The position numbers and the translations under genes were made by a program. A DNA stretch of 64,000 nucleotides from an uncultured delta proteobacterium (GTDB lineage: Bacteria > Desulfobacterota > Desulfuromonadia > Geobacterales > DSM-12255): assembly GCA_963787125.1 (NCBI GenBank), contig CAWBBV010000001.1:256001-320000 (forward strand), read 5' to 3'. Shown here in pieces: positions 9,196-17,718 of this stretch; the first letter of the stretch is position 1; each line of letters opens with the position of its first letter. The notes below the pieces were generated by a model that had not been told where the DNA came from, ran no database searches, and worked only from the letters and a program-made list of their open reading frames with translations.

Positions 9196-9239
9196 CTCTC
9201 TTTATCGAATTACATTTTTGTAGAACATCGTTTAATCGA

Positions 9240-9286
9240 CTTATATTCGGTAATTCTCCTCAACGTCAAGGTGAAATTTGCATTGC
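9240..9286 (-). promoter_or_regulatory. Putative sigma70 promoter of the leftward Fil-like operon
   Basis: Minus strand TTGACG-N18-TATAAG, preceded by GCAATGCAAATTTCACC (near copy of 5678-5698). Confidence 0.45.
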
Positions 9287-9456
9287 TACAAAAAGTTTTT
9301 TATAGTAAACGAATAGTGGCGATTAAATCCCAAGTAAAAATATCAACAAAGCGTTATAAATGGCTGAAAAATAAGGTATTACATTTATATAACTATGTTT
9401 AATTTATTTTAATTTTAATATTAGCTGTTCATATTTAGCACAATATTTATATTTTC

Positions 9457-9566
9457 ACTGGTAAAACCTTGTTTGCTAAGGCCTCTGTTTTGTGTACCAG
9501 ATTCCATTTCTGGGTACCAGATTTTGAAATTTTGTTTTTTTTGTGTACCAGATTTTATTTTTGGGT
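9457..9566. promoter_or_regulatory. Repeated FadR/GntR-like operator elements
   Basis: TG(T/G)GTACCAGATT at 9491, 9511 and 9542, plus ACTGGTAAAACC at 9457, all just upstream of the FadR-like gene. Confidence 0.55.
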
Positions 9567-9648
9567 CGAAACAACGGAAGTTTTAAGCGGAGAACAGCAA
9601 CAATCCGGATATTGGGCTTTCCGGATTAGCCTTTCGCGGAGGGAGCAG

Positions 9649-10359
9649 ATGAAGAAAGCACACATCATTATTGAAAATCAGCTCGTTGACTCTATTTTGA
9701 CAGGAGCCTCTCTGCCCGGGGATCTCTTGCCTGGAGATCGGGAACTGGCCTTGAAGTACGGAGTAGCCAGACCGGTAGTCCGCGAAGCGTTGCAGAACAT
9801 GGCTCATTCCGGCTGGATCTCAATAAATACTCGCAAAGCAAGTTTGGTTAACAATTACTGGAGCGACGGCACCCTCGACATCCTTGCCTCTATTGCCAAG
9901 AGCAGCGAGAAATTCCCCATCGAATTGATCGCTGACCTCCTTGAAGTAAGGGCTGAACTGGCACCGGACTATGCGGCCAAAGCGATAGAAAAGGACAGCG
10001 CCCAGGTCATCGCCTGTCTGGCAAAAGCCCGCAAGCTGGGAACAAGCGGCGCAGCCTTTGCCAAGTTTGATTGGGAACTCCACCGGATGCTGTCAATTCT
10101 CTCAGGGAACAGAATCTACCCGCTGATTCTCAACAGTTTTGCCAATCTCTATTTCAAGATGCGCGGTCAGTTTTTCTCGGCAGAAGATTACCGGGAAATA
10201 TCAAGGGTCTATTATCAGAAGCTGTTAAAGGCGGCAATCGATGAAAATATCCAGGACGCGCGCCAGATAACCCGCACAGCCATGCTGCAAAGAGTTCACC
10301 TTTTCCGCCGCCAGATAGAGGCAAGGAAAAATGAGCCCCGGGAAGAAGACACTCCATGA
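9649..10359 (+). CDS. fadR: FadR-like GntR-family regulator (fatty-acid metabolism regulator type)
   Basis: ATG at 9649 after GGAGGGAG. wHTH LPGDRELALKYGVARPVVREAL followed by GWISI...VNNYWSDGTLDIL, matching the E. coli FadR VNNFW pattern. FadR-type C-terminus (FDWELH, GNRIYPLILNSF). Confidence 0.75.
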   Translation: MKKAHIIIENQLVDSILTGASLPGDLLPGDRELALKYGVARPVVREALQNMAHSGWISINTRKASLVNNYWSDGTLDILASIAKSSEKFPIELIADLLEVRAELAPDYAAKAIEKDSAQVIACLAKARKLGTSGAAFAKFDWELHRMLSILSGNRIYPLILNSFANLYFKMRGQFFSAEDYREISRVYYQKLLKAAIDENIQDARQITRTAMLQRVHLFRRQIEARKNEPREEDTP

Positions 10360-11726
10360 AAACCTTCTTAACAGCTGCCATAACTTTATTGCTCGTTACG
10401 CTTGCCATCTCTGCCCCGGTTTTGGCCGCATACGAGCCTGGGAGCATAACACTGCTGCCGACCGCCGGCTTCTCCAGTTTTGATAAAAGTTCCAAACTGA
10501 AAAACAGCCCGACCGTCAACCTGAAAGCAGATTACGGCCTCTCAAAACTGGATATTGGCAATCTCGGCATCGAAGGGGCAATCAGCGGCGGCAAGATTCG
10601 GTCAACAGACGGAGAGCAGAACGCCGATACCTATCTCTTCAGAGTCGGCCCGTTCCTATCCCTGGAATCTTTTGAGGGGATCACGCCGATTTTGGCCGCC
10701 GGTTTCGGCCTGTTTACTACCAGGCAAACGATAAATTCCGTTACCGGAACAAACCCCTACATCTCCTTCAGCGCGGGCGCCAGTTATCAGCTTGCCAAGA
10801 GCATCATGCTCAGAGGCGATGTCAGCCGCTTGATGTCGCTGGACACCAATGCTATCAAGGGGCTATCTTTTACCGTCAGCCTTGGTTATAGCTTTGACAC
10901 CCCGCCGCCGGTCTTTGTCCCTGTCCACCCGGAAAACTGCGCTGACAAAGCGGCTGCCGCAGCAGTGGCTAAACAGGCAAAGGCGCCTGCAGCAGTACCG
11001 GTAGAACTGCTGCAGGCGCCGCAGGCGGGTACGGTTGAGGTTACTTCAGCGGCCCGCGATAATAAAACTGAAGAATCCATAGAAACACCTGTTGCTGCAC
11101 CTGTTGCTGCACCTGTTGCTGCACCTGTTGCTGCACCTGTTGCTGCACCTGTTGCTGCACCTGTTGCTGCACCTGTTGCTGCACCTGTTGCTGCACCTGT
11201 TGCTGCACCTGTTGCTGCTCCTGTTGCTGCTCCTGTTGCTGCTCCTGTTGCTGCTCCTGTTGCTGCTCCTGTTGCTGCTCCTGCTCTACCTCTACCTCTA
11301 CCTTTATCCGCAGTCACGGCACCGCCGCCTTCATACCCGGCGGCTCCTGTTCCCCCCGTTATTATCAGCGGCTTTGCCTTCAACTCATACGACCTGCCTC
11401 CGGGCAGTTTCAAGAAGCTCAAAAAGGTAGGCAAGTTGGCACGCCGCTACCCCGGCATCACCATCCTGATTGATGCTGTGCCTGTGAGCAAAGTGCCAAA
11501 GCCGAAAACCAACCGGCGCTTTGCTGTGCTGCGGCTGCAGACAGTCAAAAATTACCTGGTGAAATATGAGCAGATCGCTCCGGAAAGGATTATCAGTACC
11601 GGTGAGGACATCTCCGTGTTGCAACCTGTTAACAGGGGCGATCCGCGCAGTGAGGATACCCGGCGGACCGTAGTGATCAGGTTTGCGCAGGAACAGCCGC
11701 CGGTGAGCACTGAGGAGGACGAATGA
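10356..11726 (+). CDS. OmpA-like protein: OM beta-barrel, Pro/Ala linker and degenerate OmpA C-terminal domain
   Basis: Signal peptide, amphipathic strands ending VSLGYSF, (PVAA)16 linker, then FAFNSYDL...VKNYLV...IAPERIISTG...RRTVVI. Confidence 0.75.
   Translation: MKTFLTAAITLLLVTLAISAPVLAAYEPGSITLLPTAGFSSFDKSSKLKNSPTVNLKADYGLSKLDIGNLGIEGAISGGKIRSTDGEQNADTYLFRVGPFLSLESFEGITPILAAGFGLFTTRQTINSVTGTNPYISFSAGASYQLAKSIMLRGDVSRLMSLDTNAIKGLSFTVSLGYSFDTPPPVFVPVHPENCADKAAAAAVAKQAKAPAAVPVELLQAPQAGTVEVTSAARDNKTEESIETPVAAPVAAPVAAPVAAPVAAPVAAPVAAPVAAPVAAPVAAPVAAPVAAPVAAPVAAPVAAPVAAPALPLPLPLSAVTAPPPSYPAAPVPPVIISGFAFNSYDLPPGSFKKLKKVGKLARRYPGITILIDAVPVSKVPKPKTNRRFAVLRLQTVKNYLVKYEQIAPERIISTGEDISVLQPVNRGDPRSEDTRRTVVIRFAQEQPPVSTEEDE
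11088..11279 (+). repeat. Coding 12-bp tandem repeat (VNTR), 16 units
   Basis: 10 x CCTGTTGCTGCA followed by 6 x CCTGTTGCTGCT. A short (CTACCT)3 run follows a few bases downstream. Confidence 0.97.
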
Positions 11727-12226
11727 AATTTCTCAGCAGACTCGATCGCTGGTTTGAAGTTGGTGAAGGGTGCGCCCTGATCATCATCCTTTTTGCCATG
11801 ATCTGCATCGCCTTTTTACAGGTGCTGCTGCGCAACTTCTTTCACACTGCTCTCCCCTGGGGTGATGGCCTCACCCGCGCCCTGGTGCTCTGGGCTGGCT
11901 TTGTCGGTGCTTCACTGGCTGTGCGTCAGGGACGCTTCCTCAGTATCGACGTGCTGAGCCGACGCCTCGGGGCGGCCTGGCAGCGGCGCACCAGGCTGCT
12001 GATCTACCTGTATGCAGCGCTCGTCAGCTTTTTCCTCGGCTGGGGCGGGGTTACCTTTGTCCGTAGCGAGCTGGCCGCCATGACCATGACCTCTATCGGC
12101 CTGCCGAACTGGATCATTACCAGCATTATCCCGGCGACGTTTTTCCTGCTCTGCTTCCGTTTTTCCATGAAAACCGCTGCCCTGCTCCTGGGGGGGGAAC
12201 TGGAGAAACATGAATGGGAACGCTGA
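11723..12226 (+). CDS. dctQ: TRAP transporter small permease
   Basis: Four TM segments with QVLLRNFF...LPWGD.LTR.LVLW.GFVGASLA motif. Confidence 0.9.
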   Translation: MKFLSRLDRWFEVGEGCALIIILFAMICIAFLQVLLRNFFHTALPWGDGLTRALVLWAGFVGASLAVRQGRFLSIDVLSRRLGAAWQRRTRLLIYLYAALVSFFLGWGGVTFVRSELAAMTMTSIGLPNWIITSIIPATFFLLCFRFSMKTAALLLGGELEKHEWER

Positions 12227-12229
12227 TCG
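12179..12229 (+). repeat. Degenerate 51-bp direct repeat, copy 1 (dctQ end/dctM start junction)
   Basis: 44/51 identical to 13860-13910 by manual alignment. Confidence 0.85.
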
Positions 12230-12299
12230 CCCTTTATTCAGAGCGTCTGTCAGTTCGGATAAACAAATTCCTATCTTTTCAATAAAGGAGTTCAACATC

Positions 12300-13100
12300 A
12301 TGAAACTTTTTACCAAAGGCTCTATCACTGTTTTTATTTCTGTACTGCTTAGTCTTGCATTTGCTCCCTTGTCCTATGCTGACTTTATTTTGAACGTCTG
12401 CTGTTCGTCGCAGGTATCCGAAGCTTTCGGCCGCGAAAGCCTTGAATCTTTCATGGCAGAAAACGGAATTCAGGTGAAAATCCATACATCGAACACTGAA
12501 GTCTGCCTCGATCGACTGAAAAACAGTTTTTCCAATCTGGCTGGTTCCGCGGTGCGAATTAGTCAGGCGGATAGAGAGGCCGGGCTGATTGAAATCCCCA
12601 TAGGTTCAGATGCCTTTTCAGTAATTACAAATGCCGGCAATAAAGTGAAAAACCTGTCTTTACAGCAACTTCGTGAAATTTTCAGGGCAAAGATAACCAA
12701 CTGGAAAGATGTGGGCGGTGATGACCAGCCCATTATCCTGATTATTCCTGCGAAAACAACCGATGCGTATAAAAACTTCCAACAACTGGTCATGGGACCA
12801 AATGAAATGCAGCATGACCTGATTGCCAGCATGGCAGTTACCGCTGTTACCAGCGTTAAATTCATCCCGGGTTCCATTTCCTTTATCACCAACAGTATTG
12901 CCCTTAAGCATAAGGAAGTTACTGTTCTCAGCCTTGACGGGCTCCATTCGGCGGATACCGGCTATCCTTATCATCAGACCTTCTCCATGATTCTCAAGGG
13001 GGAGCCCGACCCCATAATGAAGGGAGTTATTAATTATCTGCTGTCGGATAAGGCAAGGAAGCGGATGACGCTTCGCGGCATGAAACCCATTATTAACTAA
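12300..13100 (+). CDS. PstS/PBP2-like periplasmic substrate-binding protein
   Basis: AAGGAG RBS and ATG at 12300, signal peptide, motif LSLQQLREIFRAKITNWKDVGGDDQPI typical of PstS-like proteins. Confidence 0.8.
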   Translation: MKLFTKGSITVFISVLLSLAFAPLSYADFILNVCCSSQVSEAFGRESLESFMAENGIQVKIHTSNTEVCLDRLKNSFSNLAGSAVRISQADREAGLIEIPIGSDAFSVITNAGNKVKNLSLQQLREIFRAKITNWKDVGGDDQPIILIIPAKTTDAYKNFQQLVMGPNEMQHDLIASMAVTAVTSVKFIPGSISFITNSIALKHKEVTVLSLDGLHSADTGYPYHQTFSMILKGEPDPIMKGVINYLLSDKARKRMTLRGMKPIIN

Positions 13101-13123
13101 AATCTATAAAGAGGATTACCGCC

Positions 13124-13738
13124 GTGACTTTGAGAAATCTATCGATCTTCATACTCTGTTGTACGTCTCTTTTTTCAAGCGGCTGCGCCACAGTTGTCAC
13201 AAACTATTTCCCCATTAAGATTACGGAAACCAAACAGGGGGAGAAAGTCATTGATACGCGGGTGGGGTACAACTATTCCCTGAAGGAGACAAAAGACTCT
13301 CTTGTTCTGCTCCGGCAACCACTTTGCAGCCAGAAAATCAAACTTATAACAATGGAAAAGAACATGGTGCATGGCGATGTTTTTGCGCTGCTGGAAATTC
13401 CTATTCTGGGACTTGGGTTTCTTGATATGTCCATGGCAGAAGCTGCCTCCAAGGCAACAGAGAAAGAAAGCGACGGTGGAACTATCAAAAGCAGCGAAAT
13501 TATCGCCTGCGGCACTATAGACCCGGGAGCGAATATTGAATTGATCCTGGGATTCCCCGAAAGTATTTCCTTAAGTCGTGTCAAGACAGATGACCAGGGG
13601 AAAATTCCTTTTTCAGCCATCAATAATCTTTCCAAAAAGGATTCCCAATATATCGTTTTCGTCAAAGAGAAAGATGGGGTTTCTTATGTCCAAACCGTTG
13701 AGCGAAAAGATATCACCTCGATTCTCAATCAAAGATGA
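13124..13738 (+). CDS. Hypothetical lipoprotein
   Basis: GAGG RBS, GTG start, lipobox-like FSSGC. Confidence 0.65.
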   Translation: MTLRNLSIFILCCTSLFSSGCATVVTNYFPIKITETKQGEKVIDTRVGYNYSLKETKDSLVLLRQPLCSQKIKLITMEKNMVHGDVFALLEIPILGLGFLDMSMAEAASKATEKESDGGTIKSSEIIACGTIDPGANIELILGFPESISLSRVKTDDQGKIPFSAINNLSKKDSQYIVFVKEKDGVSYVQTVERKDITSILNQR

Positions 13739-13859
13739 CTCAAGGCGGCGAGGCGACGAAGGCTTCATAACTTGAAGGAAGATCGAACTTGGGAAATTGA
13801 GCGAACCTATGAAGTATTTACACACACTCGACAGGTGGAGAGCTGCTACTAAAGAGTGC

Positions 13860-13910
13860 GCCCTGCTGTTCGGGTGGCAACTGGAGAAACACGCATGGGA
13901 ACGCTGATCG
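13860..13910 (+). repeat. Degenerate 51-bp direct repeat, copy 2
   Basis: Encodes a relic ALLFGWQLEKHAWER* (dctQ ends ALLLGGELEKHEWER*) overlapping the dctM ATG. Confidence 0.85.
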
Positions 13911-15169
13911 GTCTATTCATAGTTGTTCTGGCGCTCCTGGGGGCACCGCTGTTCACCATTTTTGGCGGGGCCGGACTCTGGCTGTTCCATGATGCCGGCA
14001 TCGATATTTCCGCGGTTATTGTGGAGATGCACCGCATCACCACCCTGCCGATGCTGGTTGCCATCCCGCTCTTCATCTTTGCCGGCTACCTGCTGGCCGA
14101 AAGCAAAGCGCCCCAGCGGATCGTCAGATTCTCCCGGGCCCTGGTCGGCTGGCTCCCCGGCGGCCTGGCCATTGCGGCGCTGCTGGTCTCGGCCTTTTTC
14201 ACCGCCTTTACCGGCGCTTCCGGGGTGACGATCATTGCCGTCGGCGGCCTGCTGCTACCGGTGCTCATCGCCGAAGGCTACTCAGAGAAGTTCAGTATCG
14301 GCCTCCTCACCACCTCGGGGAGTATCGGCCTTCTCTTCCCCCCCAGTCTGCCGATCATCATCTATGGACTGGTGGCCAATACCAGCATCGACAAACTCTT
14401 CATTGCCGGCCTCCTCCCAGGCGTTTTCACTATCCTCCTTTTGGCTGGCTACTGCATTTACACCGCCTGGAGCAAAGGGATCGAGCGTACCCCCTTCTCG
14501 GCAAGCGAGCTTTGGGGGGCTACCAGGGAGTTTGCCTGGGAGTTACCGCTGCCGGTCGTTGTCATCGGCGGCATCTACAGCGGCATCATCACCGCCACGG
14601 AAGCCGCGGCAATCACCGCCTTCTACGCCTTTGTCGTCGAAGTCTTCATTCACCGCGACTTGAGCCTGCGCCGGGACATCCCCCGGGTCATGCGGGACAG
14701 CATGATCATGGACGGCGGTATTATCGTTATCCTCGGTACCGTGCTCGGCTTTACCAACTACGTAGTTGACGCCCAGCTGCCGTCCCAGCTCCTGGAGATG
14801 GTGCGCGGTTTTATGACCGACCGCATCGTGTTCCTGCTCCTTTTGAATCTGCTGCTCCTCATCGGCGGCTGCCTCCTGGATATGCTCTCGGCCATCATGC
14901 TGGTGCCGCTCCTCCTCCCCATTGCCGCCGAATTCGGAATTGAGCCGGTGCACCTGGGGATCATCTATCTGGCTAATCTGGAGATCGGCTACTCGACGCC
15001 GCCAGCCGGGCTTAACCTCTTTATTGCCAGCTTTCGCTTCAAAAAACCGATCGTCGCCCTGTACGGTTCAGCACTCCCTTTTCTCGCCTTCTACCTGGTC
15101 GCCCTGATTGTCATCACCTACTGGCCGGCGCTCAGCCTCATTCTGCTGCACATCTACGGGGGACCATAG
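13895..15169 (+). CDS. dctM: TRAP transporter large permease
   Basis: LVAIPLFIFAG, SGSIGLLFPPSLPIIIYG, TATEAAA and TPPAGLNLF motifs. Start at the ATG of MGTLIG. Confidence 0.93.
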   Translation: MGTLIGLFIVVLALLGAPLFTIFGGAGLWLFHDAGIDISAVIVEMHRITTLPMLVAIPLFIFAGYLLAESKAPQRIVRFSRALVGWLPGGLAIAALLVSAFFTAFTGASGVTIIAVGGLLLPVLIAEGYSEKFSIGLLTTSGSIGLLFPPSLPIIIYGLVANTSIDKLFIAGLLPGVFTILLLAGYCIYTAWSKGIERTPFSASELWGATREFAWELPLPVVVIGGIYSGIITATEAAAITAFYAFVVEVFIHRDLSLRRDIPRVMRDSMIMDGGIIVILGTVLGFTNYVVDAQLPSQLLEMVRGFMTDRIVFLLLLNLLLLIGGCLLDMLSAIMLVPLLLPIAAEFGIEPVHLGIIYLANLEIGYSTPPAGLNLFIASFRFKKPIVALYGSALPFLAFYLVALIVITYWPALSLILLHIYGGP

Positions 15170-15170
15170 C

Positions 15171-16052
15171 GTGAAGTTTTTCACCGGGCAGTGGCAGATT
15201 GCCATTCTCTGCATCCTGAGTATAAGCGGTTGCTCCCTGAACCGCCTGGCTGCCGACAAGGCCGCCGGACTGATGATTGAAGCCGGCCGCACCTTTAATG
15301 AAGAGTCCGATCTCCAACTGGCCCAAGAGACCATCCCCCCAAATCTGAAGCTCCTGGAAGGGCTGCTCAAACTGACTCCGGACAATGCGTCGCTGCTGAC
15401 TACCCTGGCTCAAGGGTGGTGCTCCTACAGCTACGGCTTTCTGGAGGAGTCTGCCACACCGGGTGACCGGGAACGAGCCTCGGCGTTCCATCTGCGCGGC
15501 TATGAATTCGCTCTCAGGGCACTGCCGGAGGCGGTGCGCACCAGTATCAGACGTGGGGATCAGGCTGAGCTTGAGGCGGCCATTGCCACTGTCGGCAAAG
15601 AAGATATCGCCCCGCTTTTCTGGTCAGCCTACTGTCTCGGCAACTGGGTCAACCTCAATCTGGCCGAGGTGGCCGGCGTGGCTGAACTCTCCAGAGCGGA
15701 GCTGCTGATGCGCCGGGCAGCGGCCCTTGACGACACCTTTTTCTATGGCGCCCCCCACATCTTTTACGGCTTTTACTACGGCGCCCGGCCGAAGCTTTTT
15801 GGCGGCGATCCCGCCAAAGCAAAAGAGCATCTCCTCAAAAGCATGGCCATCAGCGAAAACCGCTTTCTCCCGGCCAAGCTCTTTTTGGCCCAGGTTTATG
15901 CCGTTGCTGTCCAGGATGAGCAGCTCTTTGACGACACGCTCAAGGAGATCATCGCCGCCCCTGCCGACCTCTTCCCCCGGGAGCGGCTTGCCAACGAAAT
16001 TGCCCGTAAACGGGCAGAACAGCTACTTAAACGGAAAGCGGAGCTATTTTAA
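15171..16052 (+). CDS. tatT: TRAP-associated TatT (TPAT) lipoprotein
   Basis: Lipobox ISGC, EESDLQLAQETIPPNLKLLEGLL, RPKLFGGDPAKAKEH and TPR-like helices. Lies between dctM and dctP. Confidence 0.85.
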   Translation: MKFFTGQWQIAILCILSISGCSLNRLAADKAAGLMIEAGRTFNEESDLQLAQETIPPNLKLLEGLLKLTPDNASLLTTLAQGWCSYSYGFLEESATPGDRERASAFHLRGYEFALRALPEAVRTSIRRGDQAELEAAIATVGKEDIAPLFWSAYCLGNWVNLNLAEVAGVAELSRAELLMRRAAALDDTFFYGAPHIFYGFYYGARPKLFGGDPAKAKEHLLKSMAISENRFLPAKLFLAQVYAVAVQDEQLFDDTLKEIIAAPADLFPRERLANEIARKRAEQLLKRKAELF

Positions 16053-17077
16053 TGAATCAGCTGATTAAAAGCGTAACAATCCTCTTCACCACGCTGCTGC
16101 TTGCAACAGCAGCCGTCGCCGCGCCTGTCACCATCAAATTTGCCACCGTCGCCCCGGAGGGCTCCTCCTGGATGAACATCATGAAGGAGGCCGCGGCTGA
16201 CCTCAAAAAAACGACGGACGGGCGGGTTATTTTCAAGCTTTACGCCGGTGGAGTGGCCGGCGATGAGCCGGATGTCATCAAAAAAATCCGCATCGGCCAG
16301 TATCAAGGGGGGGGCTTTACCGGGGTCGGCCTGGGGGAGATCCTCCCTGAATCGCGGATTGTGGAGCTCCCGTTTCTGTTCCGCAATCTGCAGGAGTTCG
16401 ACCATGTCCAGAAAAAGCTGACTCCGCACTTCGAAGAGCGTTTCCGCGCCAAAGGCTACGAGTTTATCGCCTGGGCAGAGCCTGGGCTTGTTTACCTGAT
16501 GAGTCAGAAACCGATTCGCTCCGCCGCCGATCTCCAGGGGGTAAAAATGTGGGTCTGGGAAGGTGATCCCCTGGCTGACGCCCTTTTGAAGGCTTACAAG
16601 GTCGCCCCGGTGCCGATTGCCCTTCCCGATGTCCTCATGTCGCTCCAGACCGGCATGATCAATACAGTTTACGCCCCGCCGCTGGCAGCACTGGCGGTCC
16701 AGTGGCACACCCGGATCAAGTACCTGCTGGATGATCCCATCACCAACAGCACCGGTGCCGTTCTGGTCAGTAAAGCGGCCTGGGAGAAAATCGCCCCGGC
16801 CGATCAGAAAACCGCCAAAGAGGTGCTGCGCAAGCATTTTGCCAAACTCACCGCCGTTACCAGAAAGCAGAATCAGGAATCGATCGCCAAGTTCAAGCAG
16901 TTGGGGATAACCGTCCTCAAGGCCGACCCGAAGAGTCACGAAGAGATGGCGTCAATAGCTGTCGGCATCAGGAGTAGACTGGTGGGAAAACTCTATCCTG
17001 CCGAGCTGCTCAAAGAAGTGGAAGGGTATCTGGCTGAGCTGCGCAGCAGTGGAACAAAAGTAAAGGCCGGCAAGTAG
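16052..17077 (+). CDS. dctP: TRAP substrate-binding protein (TatP_T-type DctP)
   Basis: IKFATVAPEGSSW, YAGGVAGDE and LQTGMINTV motifs. Confidence 0.9.
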   Translation: MNQLIKSVTILFTTLLLATAAVAAPVTIKFATVAPEGSSWMNIMKEAAADLKKTTDGRVIFKLYAGGVAGDEPDVIKKIRIGQYQGGGFTGVGLGEILPESRIVELPFLFRNLQEFDHVQKKLTPHFEERFRAKGYEFIAWAEPGLVYLMSQKPIRSAADLQGVKMWVWEGDPLADALLKAYKVAPVPIALPDVLMSLQTGMINTVYAPPLAALAVQWHTRIKYLLDDPITNSTGAVLVSKAAWEKIAPADQKTAKEVLRKHFAKLTAVTRKQNQESIAKFKQLGITVLKADPKSHEEMASIAVGIRSRLVGKLYPAELLKEVEGYLAELRSSGTKVKAGK

Positions 17078-17101
17078 GACAATTCCCATAAGGAGAATCC
17101 C

Positions 17102-17554
17102 ATGAAAACCGTAATCATCGCCCTGGTAACATGTTTCACCCTGACTGCAGCAACAATCTGCTTTGCCGCACAGGACAGCCTGCTCGGGGTCTGGACAACC
17201 GAAGAGGCCAAATCAAAGGTAGAGATTTTTAACTGCGAGAAGAAGATCTGCGCCAAAATCATCTCTCTCAAGGAGCCGCTCTACGTCGATGCGAAGGACG
17301 GCCCGGTCGGCACGGCCAAGACCGACCGGAACAACGCTGACAGCGCCCGCCAGAAGACTCCGATCATCGGCCTGCAGATCATGGCCGGTTTCACCCCTAA
17401 TGGAGAGAGCAGCTGGGGCAACGGCACCATCTACGATCCGGAAAACGGCAAGACCTACCAGTGCAAGCTCAAGCTGGACGGCCCGAATCGCCTCAATGTC
17501 CGCGGCTTCATCGGCATCTCCCTCCTGGGGCGCACCACAGTCTGGACGCGGTAA
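17102..17554 (+). CDS. DUF2147 family secreted protein
   Basis: GVWTT, WGNGTIYDPENGKTY and LNVRGFIGISLLGRTTVWTR motifs. Confidence 0.9.
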   Translation: MKTVIIALVTCFTLTAATICFAAQDSLLGVWTTEEAKSKVEIFNCEKKICAKIISLKEPLYVDAKDGPVGTAKTDRNNADSARQKTPIIGLQIMAGFTPNGESSWGNGTIYDPENGKTYQCKLKLDGPNRLNVRGFIGISLLGRTTVWTR

Positions 17555-17664
17555 GTGTCAGCCATGCCAATAACAGCAGCGGCGACAATAGCTTGACTTT
17601 ACTGCGCTAAAGCTGTTAGTGTCACTTTAGTACAGTCAAAAAACAAACAGATATCGCTCATGGC

Positions 17665-17690
17665 AAGCCCCGGATTTCCCGGGGCTTTTT
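17665..17690 (+). terminator. Terminator-like hairpin just upstream of the DEAD-box helicase gene
   Basis: AAGCCCCGG-ATTTC-CCGGGGCTT followed by TTT. Confidence 0.7.
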
Positions 17691-17718
17691 GCGTTATTTC
17701 TGACAACGAAGGAGTTTC

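Noticed and set aside
9469..9648. 60-aa N-terminal extension of the FadR ORF
   Set aside because: It is a translation of the operator repeats. The RBS and homology support a start at 9649.
10886..11434. Poly-Leu/His ORF and (GAAT)n antisense ORF; CRISPR-like appearance of the repeat
   Set aside because: These are alternative frames of the 12-bp coding VNTR. There are no spacers and no cas genes.
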